Source of the DNA: a virus
Lineage: Duplodnaviria > Caudoviricetes
Direction: 5' to 3' (one strand)
IMG/VR virus record: IMGVR_UViG_3300027741_002957
Location: 1 to 53,953 of that record
DNA length: 53,953 bases
Below are positions 46,494 to 53,953 of this stretch, piece by piece (position 1 is the stretch's first letter; the number at the start of each line of letters is the position of its first letter). The position numbers and the translations under genes were made by a program. The notes under the pieces were generated by a model. The model had not been told where the DNA came from. It searched no databases and was given only the letters and a program-made list of their open reading frames with translations.

Positions 46494-46715
46494 GTGAACC
46501 AAGGTGTGTTCGATCAACCTCTGGTATTACATATTGCAGCGGAAAGCCAGGGTGCTTTGGCCTGTTGTGGTGGTTCACTGCAAGAACATGTGAAACTGTC
46601 AATGACATCAACCAGTGAACGATGGATCAGTTTTGATCCCCATAGTGACCAAGATATGATCGCTGTACTGACTTGGATTGAAAATGGTAGGATAATAATC
46701 AAACAAAAATCATAA
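46494..46715 (+). CDS. Small hypothetical protein
   Basis: Non-overlapping 3' part of track ORF 46299-46715, starting at GTG 46494. Confidence 0.35.
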   Translation: MNQGVFDQPLVLHIAAESQGALACCGGSLQEHVKLSMTSTSERWISFDPHSDQDMIAVLTWIENGRIIIKQKS

Positions 46716-46771
46716 AATAGTTTGATTAAAATTGCTCACAGGTCAGCTGGAAAAATGACTTGGCGACATGG

Positions 46772-47047
46772 TTATTTTTTGTTTTGGTCACTGTCATTTT
46801 TAAGCAAATCTTTTTCACGCAGAGTCAAAACTGTATTGATCTTTTCACTTAAACGAATGAGATCATTATTCAGCAGAGTAACACGATCCATTAATGCGGT
46901 CAAAACCACATTGGTGTTTTTCAGCACAGGCTTTACTTCTTTTGAACACCATTGCCAAACATATTGAATGACAAAAGCTAACCCCACTGCCATGACTATA
47001 GGAAGTCCATATTTGTCAGTCATTTGAAATATGTAAGTTTCTTCCAT
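46772..47047 (-). CDS. Single-TM plus coiled-coil protein (holin-like), paralog 1
   Basis: KYGLPIVMAVGLAFVI...L.DRV..LNNDLIRL..KI..VL. Confidence 0.65.
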   Translation of the reverse strand: MEETYIFQMTDKYGLPIVMAVGLAFVIQYVWQWCSKEVKPVLKNTNVVLTALMDRVTLLNNDLIRLSEKINTVLTLREKDLLKNDSDQNKK

Positions 47048-47066
47048 TTTTAGATCCCTTCAGGTC

Positions 47067-47354
47067 TCATTTCTTATCATCTCGACCATCAGCACGACCT
47101 ATGCGCTCAACAGCCAGCGGTAGATCCAATGCCATTGATACCAAAGTATCTATCTTGATGATGTCGTTATCCATGTCTTTGATTCTTTCTTCTAACCTGA
47201 CAATATGAGCAGACATTTGTCTAATGTTGTCTCGCACCCCAGCCAACATCATCTTTATGGACAGGTAAACTACACCTCCGCCAACTATGGCCGCTGCCAC
47301 AGAAAAACCAACGCCTTCTATTATGTAGAATACAAGTTCAATCATCAGAGTCAC
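47067..47354 (-). CDS. Single-TM plus coiled-coil protein (holin-like), paralog 2
   Basis: GFSVAAAIVGG.VVY...LEERIK.MDNDIIKID.LV..AL. Confidence 0.65.
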   Translation of the reverse strand: MTLMIELVFYIIEGVGFSVAAAIVGGGVVYLSIKMMLAGVRDNIRQMSAHIVRLEERIKDMDNDIIKIDTLVSMALDLPLAVERIGRADGRDDKK

Positions 47355-47497
47355 CCAGTGAGATTTTGTAGGCTTTACTGTATTTAACGTGCCATTGTAT
47401 GTTGTTCAAGCAGTTGTTAACCCCTGTGCAAGCACAATGATGAATCATGATATTTTGGATGCAGATAACTTCTTTGATTCTTTGACTTCTAGCAAAT

Positions 47498-47824
47498 ATG
47501 CTTTATATTAGAATGAGAACAAAGGGGATGAAAATGGATTTACCTAAGCCAACCTTTCCTTATATTGGGCGCTTGTATCAAGCAGTGGTGTCTGAAGGTT
47601 TGAGTGCTGGGAGTTTGAATCGTGAAAATACAGATACTGTATTGCGCAAACTCTGCAAGACAACGTGGTTGGAAGAAAATCGCGACATCTACAAGATTTG
47701 GATGTTGGGAGGTGATACTTGGGGAGACCTAATCAAAGACGTAAAAAAATACAGTGCTGTAGTAAACCAATACAAGCGCGATGCCAAAAAAACAGAGAAA
47801 AACATAAAAAAGTCACATGAATAA
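47498..47824 (+). CDS. Hypothetical protein
   Basis: TTGACT-16-TATATT at 47482-47509 suggests the real start is downstream (about 47528-47534). Confidence 0.55.
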   Translation: MLYIRMRTKGMKMDLPKPTFPYIGRLYQAVVSEGLSAGSLNRENTDTVLRKLCKTTWLEENRDIYKIWMLGGDTWGDLIKDVKKYSAVVNQYKRDAKKTEKNIKKSHE

Positions 47825-47889
47825 CAGCATCCTTGTTTAGAGCTCATTGATGATTACCTTGAATCATCAATGAGCTATGTGATACAGAA

Positions 47890-48486
47890 TCACTGTCGCA
47901 GATACGACGGAGGAAAATAAGGTACAATGGTATTCTGTAGAGTTGGTTCCCACCAATGTATCTGACGTATTGTATGTTGTATGCCCTGCGGCTGATGCAC
48001 ACGCACAATATGCCTGGTTCCAGTTTCAATATACCAGAGTTGACAGGTTTTTTGATTGTAACTCCAACGCATTACTTCTACTGTGATATGGCTATCCAAA
48101 AGCCAGTAATCTAATCTGTGGCGAGGGTTAAATTCCGCCCATAATTCCCAACCAAAACTTAAAGTTGGTGGCACACCGTTGTTTTGAAAGACAGAACGAT
48201 TGGTCAAGGCCAATTGATGTGCCATCCACCATGAAACGGCATCTGCTCCATACCATAGTTTCTGCACAAAATGCCTAGCCAACCATAGAATTCCGATGAT
48301 ACTGCCCCATATGGTAAAAATAGCCACCAACGTTACTGCATGCCATAGCCGAAACAGCAGCGATTTTGAGCTAGACCAAATCGCCGCTGCTGCTGTTTTT
48401 ACAGAGTTGGCGATATATGTTGGAATAACACCGGCAAAAGCCTGCATCAATAGATAAGTTAGTTTGGTAATCGGATTTCTTGTCAT
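47890..48486 (-). CDS. Hypothetical membrane protein
   Basis: Trp-rich hydrophobic segment. ATG 48486 is 5 nt after GATAAATA (-). Confidence 0.55.
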   Translation of the reverse strand: MTRNPITKLTYLLMQAFAGVIPTYIANSVKTAAAAIWSSSKSLLFRLWHAVTLVAIFTIWGSIIGILWLARHFVQKLWYGADAVSWWMAHQLALTNRSVFQNNGVPPTLSFGWELWAEFNPRHRLDYWLLDSHITVEVMRWSYNQKTCQLWYIETGTRHIVRVHQPQGIQHTIRQIHWWEPTLQNTIVPYFPPSYLRQ

Positions 48487-48616
48487 GCCGATATTTATCG
48501 GCAAAACACTGTTAATTGTGGAAAAAAACTCATTATGGACAAACCTGTGTTAGTCACCTGGCTTTCCGCGGCGGGAGATAAATATGCAACGACATTATCA
48601 AATACGAGGAAATTAC

Positions 48617-49723
48617 ATGAGTGATCATATACTAGATGAGATCAAACGTTACAAGAACTTGCTTGAAAGTTCTGTTAATATGGATCCAACCAATGCCTTG
48701 AGCGACAGGGAACTCGTTCGTTTCCAACAAATGCCTGCGGCCAAACAAAAGATAGCCAGTCCTCAACAGCAGGCAATGCTAGATCGTGAAATGAACAGCC
48801 GTCTTAACATGGATGAAAAACTCAGCAGCAACGATCGCAGAAGAATGTTGACACGAGTTATGAAAAGGTTGGAAAAGTTATCTGGTTTGAAGCAGGATGG
48901 TCAAGACTTAACGGAAAAAATGGCCAACTTCATCATAAATTGTATTACACGAGGAATGTCATTTGAAGACGCCTTGCATTTGAGCAACAAGCGAATAGCA
49001 GAGACCAACAGACACGCTGCTGATGACAAGGGCCCTGTTGCAGCTCATCAGAACTCAACAAAAACCTGCGACGTTTGCCAGGGCACTGGACAGGACGACT
49101 ATCACAAGGATCATCCCTGCGGGGCCTGTGGCGGTACTGGCAAGGAAAGTTACATGCATGAGGAAATGACCAAAGAAGGCAATGCATTTCTAAATGCTCG
49201 GCGCAATGCTGCAATGAAAGGTCTTGATTCTTTCGAGTTTGATGGCAAAACACATACAATTACCGGAGATGAAGACCTAGGAGAAGGTGCCTATACTAAT
49301 CAGTTTGAAGATCCAAAGCCCGCTGCTGATCACAATGATCGCAACTGGAAAGACTGGGGTACCACCAAGCAAGACTATACAGATGCTGAGACCAAGACCT
49401 GGGATAGTTACATGCAGAATGAAGATCAAAACTCAACAAAAACCTGCGACGTTTGCCAGGGCACTGGACAGGACGACTATCACAAGGATCATCCCTGCGG
49501 GGCCTGTGGCGGTACTGGCAAGGAAAGTGACATGCAGAATGAAGATCAAAACTCAACAAAAAAGTGTGACGTTTGCCAGGGCACTGGACAGGACGACTAT
49601 CACAAGGATCATCCCTGCGGGGCCTGTGGCGGTACTGGCAAGGAAAGTGACACAGCAGCAGTTGATCTTCATGAAACAAAAGTGTTTGTTAATCGCCTCC
49701 GTAAATTGTCAGGCTTAAAATGA
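48617..49723 (+). CDS. Modular late protein with three DnaJ-type CxxCxGxG zinc-finger modules
   Basis: 3 x TCDVCQGTGQDDYHKDHPCGACGGTG, with RLEKLSGLK and RLRKLSGLK motifs. Start ATG 48617 after GAGG, late promoter at 48577. Confidence 0.75.
   Translation: MSDHILDEIKRYKNLLESSVNMDPTNALSDRELVRFQQMPAAKQKIASPQQQAMLDREMNSRLNMDEKLSSNDRRRMLTRVMKRLEKLSGLKQDGQDLTEKMANFIINCITRGMSFEDALHLSNKRIAETNRHAADDKGPVAAHQNSTKTCDVCQGTGQDDYHKDHPCGACGGTGKESYMHEEMTKEGNAFLNARRNAAMKGLDSFEFDGKTHTITGDEDLGEGAYTNQFEDPKPAADHNDRNWKDWGTTKQDYTDAETKTWDSYMQNEDQNSTKTCDVCQGTGQDDYHKDHPCGACGGTGKESDMQNEDQNSTKKCDVCQGTGQDDYHKDHPCGACGGTGKESDTAAVDLHETKVFVNRLRKLSGLK
49052..49652 (+). repeat. Three near-identical copies of a 105-120-bp unit (49052-49158; tandem 120-bp copies 49410-49652)
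   Basis: Direct DNA-level identity is visible in the sequence. Confidence 0.93.
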
Positions 49724-51567
49724 CCAATGCGGAACGCATGAGGCAACTTATAGATGAACTAGAGTTGGAGATGGCAGGTAACAAACTGCCATCTGCTCCT
49801 GCGGTACTGCAAAATGGAAAAAAAGTTCTTACAGAAGACCAAACCACCACTATTGAAGAAAACCTCCGAGATTGGTTCAACCAGAAGTGGGTACGGTTTG
49901 GACCAGACGGCAAGATCCGCGGCGCATGTGCTCGAGGCAGTGACAAAGAAGGCAAGCCCAAGTGCCTGCCGCAGGCCAAAGCTCATGCATTGGGCAAGAA
50001 GAAGCGTGCCACCGCTGCGCGCCGCAAACGCAGAGAAGATCCACATGCAGATCGTCGAGGTGCTGCAAAGAATGTGCATACAAACGAGTCTATTGCAGAA
50101 GATTCGGCGCTGAGTGCAGCTATACGACGTGTACAACACCTGCTGAATGACCGTTTTGGTGCCAATTTGGACGTAGATGGTATATTTGGGCCTCTTACCC
50201 TGCAGTCAATCAACATGTTTATGCCTGGGGCTGATTTTGGCCCAGCGCCCCATCCAGACCGTACCACTGCGGTCCAAGGCCTGCAGACTAAACCCGTAAG
50301 AGCAGATACTTGCCCGTTCTGCGGCGGAGAAATGTATGATGTCGACACAATGTTGGAAAACAAAGATGCCTGTTATTACAAGGTAAAACGTCGTTACAAA
50401 GTATGGCCCAGTGCCTACGCCAGTGGAGCGCTGGTGCAATGCCGGAAGCGGGGTGCCAAAAATTGGGGCAAGAGCCAGACAAATGAAAATTCATCAGGAC
50501 GGTTCGACGCTATTCCATCTGCTGTTACTAAAGATGGGCAATTGACCAACGCCCACTTCAAACAGAACTCCAGAGACCATGCCAATGTGCGGATGGACCG
50601 TCAACAAGTCGACGAAAATATGGACCATTCCAAAGATACTCAAGCCGTAGCTGAATTGGCTGCAGCACTGCTGGCACGTAAACGTAGTCTTAAGCGTTTG
50701 AAAAACAACACAGAAAAACTCTATTCTGAGATAGATCAACTGATGACCACGGTAGCCAAGACCCACGGTATCAGCGGGCAAAAACTTCACGACATGTGGA
50801 TAGCCAAATACCATGAGGTGCCAGATACTTGGATACAGTTGGCAGAAATTGATCATGTAGACGAAGCATGGAGCAAAAAATACAAAAAAAGTATAAATTG
50901 CAGCAATCCCAAAGGATTTAGCCAAAAAGCCCATTGTGCTGCAAGACGCAAAAGACAACGTCATCAGCCTACCAAAAGCAAAAGTGTCAGCGAAAACCAC
51001 AACCCAGTTGACAATGAAAATTTAATCTCAGTCAACAATGCCAAAATCCTGATGCCGCAGATACTCTCAAAGGTCCAAAAGATTTATGATGATTGGGACG
51101 AATCTGATCGAGACACCTATGCTGGTGGGGGAATCTGCCACCTACTGTCAGATGCCATTTGTAACATACTCAATGATAATGATATAGACTCTACTCCAGT
51201 TAGTTGCACAATGGAACAACATGTTTATGTTGTGGCTAAATTCCAAGAAGGTATCTATGAGGTCGATATACCATATCATGTTTATGAAATAGGTGGCGGT
51301 TATTCTTGGAGCAAGATACCAGATGTAAAGTTTGAGCCCAGTGATGTGAGATTCCAAAAGTTATCAGGAGATCCAAACCAGTGGGAAAATTATATAGAAG
51401 AAAACTTTGCTGATGGTCGAGGTCCTGGTAGACCAGGTGACAGTGCTAGACATGGCATTCCACGGCACGCTACACTTGCACAATTGGATGTAATTGGCCA
51501 AGGCAAGGGCCGCAAGGCTCAACTGGCCAGATGGCAGGCAAACATGCGCAGAGGTAGGAAAAAATGA
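49720..51567 (+). CDS. Modular late protein (putative polyprotein of short basic/Cys modules)
   Basis: Modules NLRDWF...KPKCLP, a PG-binding-like VQ.LLN...LDVDGIFGP.T, KDACYYKVK...WPSAYASG, WSKKYKKSINCSNPKGFSQKAHC and NFADG..., each following an x-x-E motif. Confidence 0.75.
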   Translation: MTNAERMRQLIDELELEMAGNKLPSAPAVLQNGKKVLTEDQTTTIEENLRDWFNQKWVRFGPDGKIRGACARGSDKEGKPKCLPQAKAHALGKKKRATAARRKRREDPHADRRGAAKNVHTNESIAEDSALSAAIRRVQHLLNDRFGANLDVDGIFGPLTLQSINMFMPGADFGPAPHPDRTTAVQGLQTKPVRADTCPFCGGEMYDVDTMLENKDACYYKVKRRYKVWPSAYASGALVQCRKRGAKNWGKSQTNENSSGRFDAIPSAVTKDGQLTNAHFKQNSRDHANVRMDRQQVDENMDHSKDTQAVAELAAALLARKRSLKRLKNNTEKLYSEIDQLMTTVAKTHGISGQKLHDMWIAKYHEVPDTWIQLAEIDHVDEAWSKKYKKSINCSNPKGFSQKAHCAARRKRQRHQPTKSKSVSENHNPVDNENLISVNNAKILMPQILSKVQKIYDDWDESDRDTYAGGGICHLLSDAICNILNDNDIDSTPVSCTMEQHVYVVAKFQEGIYEVDIPYHVYEIGGGYSWSKIPDVKFEPSDVRFQKLSGDPNQWENYIEENFADGRGPGRPGDSARHGIPRHATLAQLDVIGQGKGRKAQLARWQANMRRGRKK

Positions 51568-51800
51568 CCATAAGAATACAACCGGGGACAAAATTCCCAC
51601 ACACCGTGGCTGTTGGGTCTGAGGAGTCTATCGGTCCAGGTCATACCTACAGCACATTAGCAGATTGGTGCAGTAATCTCATGGGAGACATGGACAAAAA
51701 CTGGACCATATGCTGGGATGACATTAGTGGCATGACATGGACATTCCGTAACAGGTTAGATGCCAGCCTGTTTAATTTCACCTGGTGTTCAGATAGATAG
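51564..51800 (+). CDS. Small hypothetical protein
   Basis: DWC...W...WTFRN..DA.LF..TW pattern, ATGA overlap. Confidence 0.65.
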   Translation: MTIRIQPGTKFPHTVAVGSEESIGPGHTYSTLADWCSNLMGDMDKNWTICWDDISGMTWTFRNRLDASLFNFTWCSDR

Positions 51801-51836
51801 TCAACAGAGGTATAACCTGCAGATGCTTTTTGGGAG

Positions 51837-52088
51837 ATGATACGAATGAAAAGACTACTTAATCACCACGAGCATAAAATAATCACAGATAATGCCAAGG
51901 CTGCATGGACTCGTTGGTACACAACTGGTGTCAAAGGCGACATGATGTTGCCTCAGGATACACTGGAGTTTTGGATGATAGTTGAGACTGAGAAATATCT
52001 ACAATCAATTCGCCAAGATCATCAAGGCCTTGATGATCTTGGCGACAATTTAAAATTTAGGTGCAATGACAGCGAAACTGGTGCCTAA
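51837..52088 (+). CDS. Small hypothetical protein
   Basis: 83-aa ORF, RBS GGGAG. Confidence 0.5.
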   Translation: MIRMKRLLNHHEHKIITDNAKAAWTRWYTTGVKGDMMLPQDTLEFWMIVETEKYLQSIRQDHQGLDDLGDNLKFRCNDSETGA

Positions 52089-52093
52089 CATTG

Positions 52094-52255
52094 TCAGTTC
52101 ATATGGGCCAAAAACACCCATGCTGACAGCCCAACAACCAAAATCAACATGTTGGTAAAAGATTTTAAACCCCATTTCAACGTTATCCATATAAGCCAGA
52201 TAAAAACTCCCAGCAAGAAAAAATTCTGAACGGTTCTTTTGGTATTGTTGTCCAT
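52094..52255 (-). CDS. Small two-TM membrane protein (53 aa, not in track)
   Basis: MDNNTKRTVQNFFLLGVFIWLIWITLKWGLKSFTNMLILVVGLSAWVFLAHMN*, RBS GGAG. Confidence 0.5.
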   Translation of the reverse strand: MDNNTKRTVQNFFLLGVFIWLIWITLKWGLKSFTNMLILVVGLSAWVFLAHMN

Positions 52256-52333
52256 ATCTGTCTCCATTGTGAGAGTGGTGTTGGTTACCAGTTGATAATA
52301 ACATACATCCGCTAGATTTCAACCAAAATCATG

Positions 52334-52459
52334 TCAATGACGATGTGAATATGGAGAATGCTGATAATAAGAGTGATGGTATGAATAATTTCCATGCGGG
52401 ACTATCATGCAGCCCTGCAGAACAAGAATCACCACAAACATTAACACGAATTTGAACAT
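52334..52459 (-). CDS. Small His/Tyr-rich lipoprotein (41 aa)
   Basis: MFKFVLMFVVILVLQG|C lipobox, RBS GGAG. Confidence 0.6.
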   Translation of the reverse strand: MFKFVLMFVVILVLQGCMIVPHGNYSYHHSYYQHSPYSHRH

Positions 52460-52587
52460 GTTTGATCTCCATTTGTATGGTAATTTGATGTTAACATGTT
52501 TGGTCAAAAACTGCAACCTGTTTGATCCAATCTGTTGATTATTCACACAGATCTTATGGACCAGCAGCAGGGCAGTGTAACCCTGTT

Positions 52588-53145
52588 TCAAACATAACCA
52601 GTTTCTTGTAACATATCATAAACTGCATTATATGAGTGCTTCCGCGTCTGCAGGACCAATGCCCTTCGTGCAACTGGTACATCACTGCTACTTTCTACAC
52701 TGTGTGGTTTAGTAACGTCTAACAACCAACTTTCGCCATCTGCAGCTGTAAATTCAGCTGCCGACTCTAAACAGGCTTCGTCAAAGATCGCACCATTTGT
52801 TTGATTGGCTATCTTGCTTGTTACAGGTTCTTGATCCTTTTTGAGTTGCCAAAATCGCGTGACACATCCGCTGGTTTCGACATAGCAATTAATGGTAGCC
52901 AGTATACCGCTATCGGTATGAGGTGGAATACGTGAGCGATTTATACTCATACACAGCACAGCAAAATCACTCCGATACCTCAAGGGGATGACGTTGTATA
53001 ATCCGTCAAAATCGCCTTTGGCAATATGATACTGGATACCTCGGAAAGTTCCGGTGTCGTCCGGGCGACCATATCTAGTCCAAAGAGTCTGCGTCTCAAA
53101 GTTGGAAATTGGAATGTTTTTTGATAATTTTGTGAACATGTCCAT
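52588..53145 (-). CDS. Cupin/2OG-Fe(II) oxygenase-like protein
   Basis: IPPHTD, INCY, WLLDVTKPHSV, RRAL. Confidence 0.6.
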   Translation of the reverse strand: MDMFTKLSKNIPISNFETQTLWTRYGRPDDTGTFRGIQYHIAKGDFDGLYNVIPLRYRSDFAVLCMSINRSRIPPHTDSGILATINCYVETSGCVTRFWQLKKDQEPVTSKIANQTNGAIFDEACLESAAEFTAADGESWLLDVTKPHSVESSSDVPVARRALVLQTRKHSYNAVYDMLQETGYV

Positions 53146-53223
53146 TTATACCATCAAACCATATCTTTGGTCAATTTCTGTAGGATTGTGTTGACTTAGG
53201 AAAAAGATGCATTAATATAGCAG

Positions 53224-53427
53224 TTGTTAGAGCTAACCACACACGGAGATCATATCTTGTTCTACATCTTGGTTGACACTGAATCAGAATCTGCCTGCAT
53301 GACTTTTGACAGCCTTGCTAAAGCACAAGAGGCTTGTTCATATCGCAAGAGGACAGTTGGTGGGAAGTGGAAAGTAATCCGCACGGATTCAACCAACCAA
53401 ATGGTCAAGGAGTCTATGCAGAACTAG
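53224..53427 (+). CDS. Small hypothetical protein
   Basis: Downstream of TTGACT-16-TAATAT (53191-53218). Start uncertain. Confidence 0.4.
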   Translation: MLELTTHGDHILFYILVDTESESACMTFDSLAKAQEACSYRKRTVGGKWKVIRTDSTNQMVKESMQN

Positions 53428-53466
53428 ATCATGTGAACAAAAAAATATAAAAACACTAACAAAAAA

Positions 53467-53513
53467 TAAACAATAATTGGGTCATCTGTTTTGGTTGACC
53501 CAATTATTGTTTA
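53467..53513. terminator. 18-bp inverted repeat between convergent genes (bidirectional terminator candidate)
   Basis: TAAACAATAATTGGGTCA-11 nt-TGACCCAATTATTGTTTA. Confidence 0.7.
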
Positions 53514-53517
53514 ATTA

Positions 53518-53808
53518 TCAACTACCGGGGTTGGTCTGAGCCAGCTCAGGATTTTTCAATGCCAGTTCGGTAATCAGTCCACGTCCGCGTGAGGTGCTGA
53601 GTGTGTACGACACTGCTTGTCCTACCACTAGTGTTTCTGCCAAACCAGCACTGCGTACGGTGTTGATATGAACAAACAGATTACGCTGCATGCCAGTGTC
53701 CGGTGTAACTAGACCAAAGCCCTTGCTGGCATCGAACCATTTTACGGTTCCTGTACCTGTGGTGATCACAGGTGTATCATTCATTGTTGGACGATTTGCA
53801 CCACTCAT
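53518..53808 (-). CDS. Cold-shock domain protein
   Basis: GTVKWFDASKGFGLV (RNP1), LFVH (RNP2), GQAVSY. RBS GGAGG. Confidence 0.9.
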   Translation of the reverse strand: MSGANRPTMNDTPVITTGTGTVKWFDASKGFGLVTPDTGMQRNLFVHINTVRSAGLAETLVVGQAVSYTLSTSRGRGLITELALKNPELAQTNPGS

Positions 53809-53953
53809 TGTGTTTTGCCTCCTATTAAATTGGCAGTTGTATAGGTTATTTATTTCTATGGGCTAACCTAAAGGCAAACAGACTTTGGCTGGGAAGATTA
53901 AATTATGCTTTCACGCATTCATCAACATATGAGCCGCATAGTAATCCATGGGA

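Noticed and set aside
49052-49652. CRISPR array or dnaJ gene
   Set aside because: The repeats are 105-120 bp, in frame and coding, with no unique spacers of regular length. No HPD J-domain is present.
52050-52322. Track ORF 52050-52322 (-)
   Set aside because: A different frame (52094-52255) has an RBS and a coherent membrane-protein sequence, and does not overlap the convergent gene.
187-53808. Stop-codon reassignment (alternative genetic code) as the cause of fragmented genes
   Set aside because: Most genes are full length under code 11 and end in TAA, TAG or TGA. Breaks occur only at intein or tail junctions, and the helicase and topoisomerase halves are in different frames.

Overview
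This window is about 54 kb of a large T4-like (jumbo) myovirus genome, not a bacterial chromosome. The evidence is a gp41-type helicase, phage-type NrdAB and topoisomerase II, many T4-like late promoters (NATAAATA), virion proteins and small hypothetical ORFs. The host is probably an alphaproteobacterium, based on a permuted two-piece tmRNA with a GGCAGUA T-loop, a PhaR-box-like site and a ROSE-like thermometer. Highlight 1: three essential replication genes are in pieces. The helicase has an atypical split intein in Walker A plus a cis mini-intein. Topo II B has a split intein in EGD|SA whose N-half carries a duplicated Hint segment. NrdA is in three ORFs: the first junction is an atypical split intein interrupted by a GIY-YIG endonuclease, and the second is an intein-free break whose ends carry a Lys-rich tail and an Asp/Glu-rich head, a likely charge zipper. 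Highlight 2: a translation-rescue and proteostasis kit made of two-piece tmRNA, Smr-domain nuclease, ClpX, ClpS, Hsp20, IF3, bS21, Csp and TilS. Highlight 3: several late proteins look like polyproteins of short modules separated by candidate prohead-protease x-x-E sites. Highlight 4: several late genes appear leaderless. Auxiliary genes include agmatinase, a SpeD-like decarboxylase, IscA, a HiPIP-like protein, glycosyltransferases and a Nudix hydrolase. All calls come from motif recognition by eye; no searches were run.
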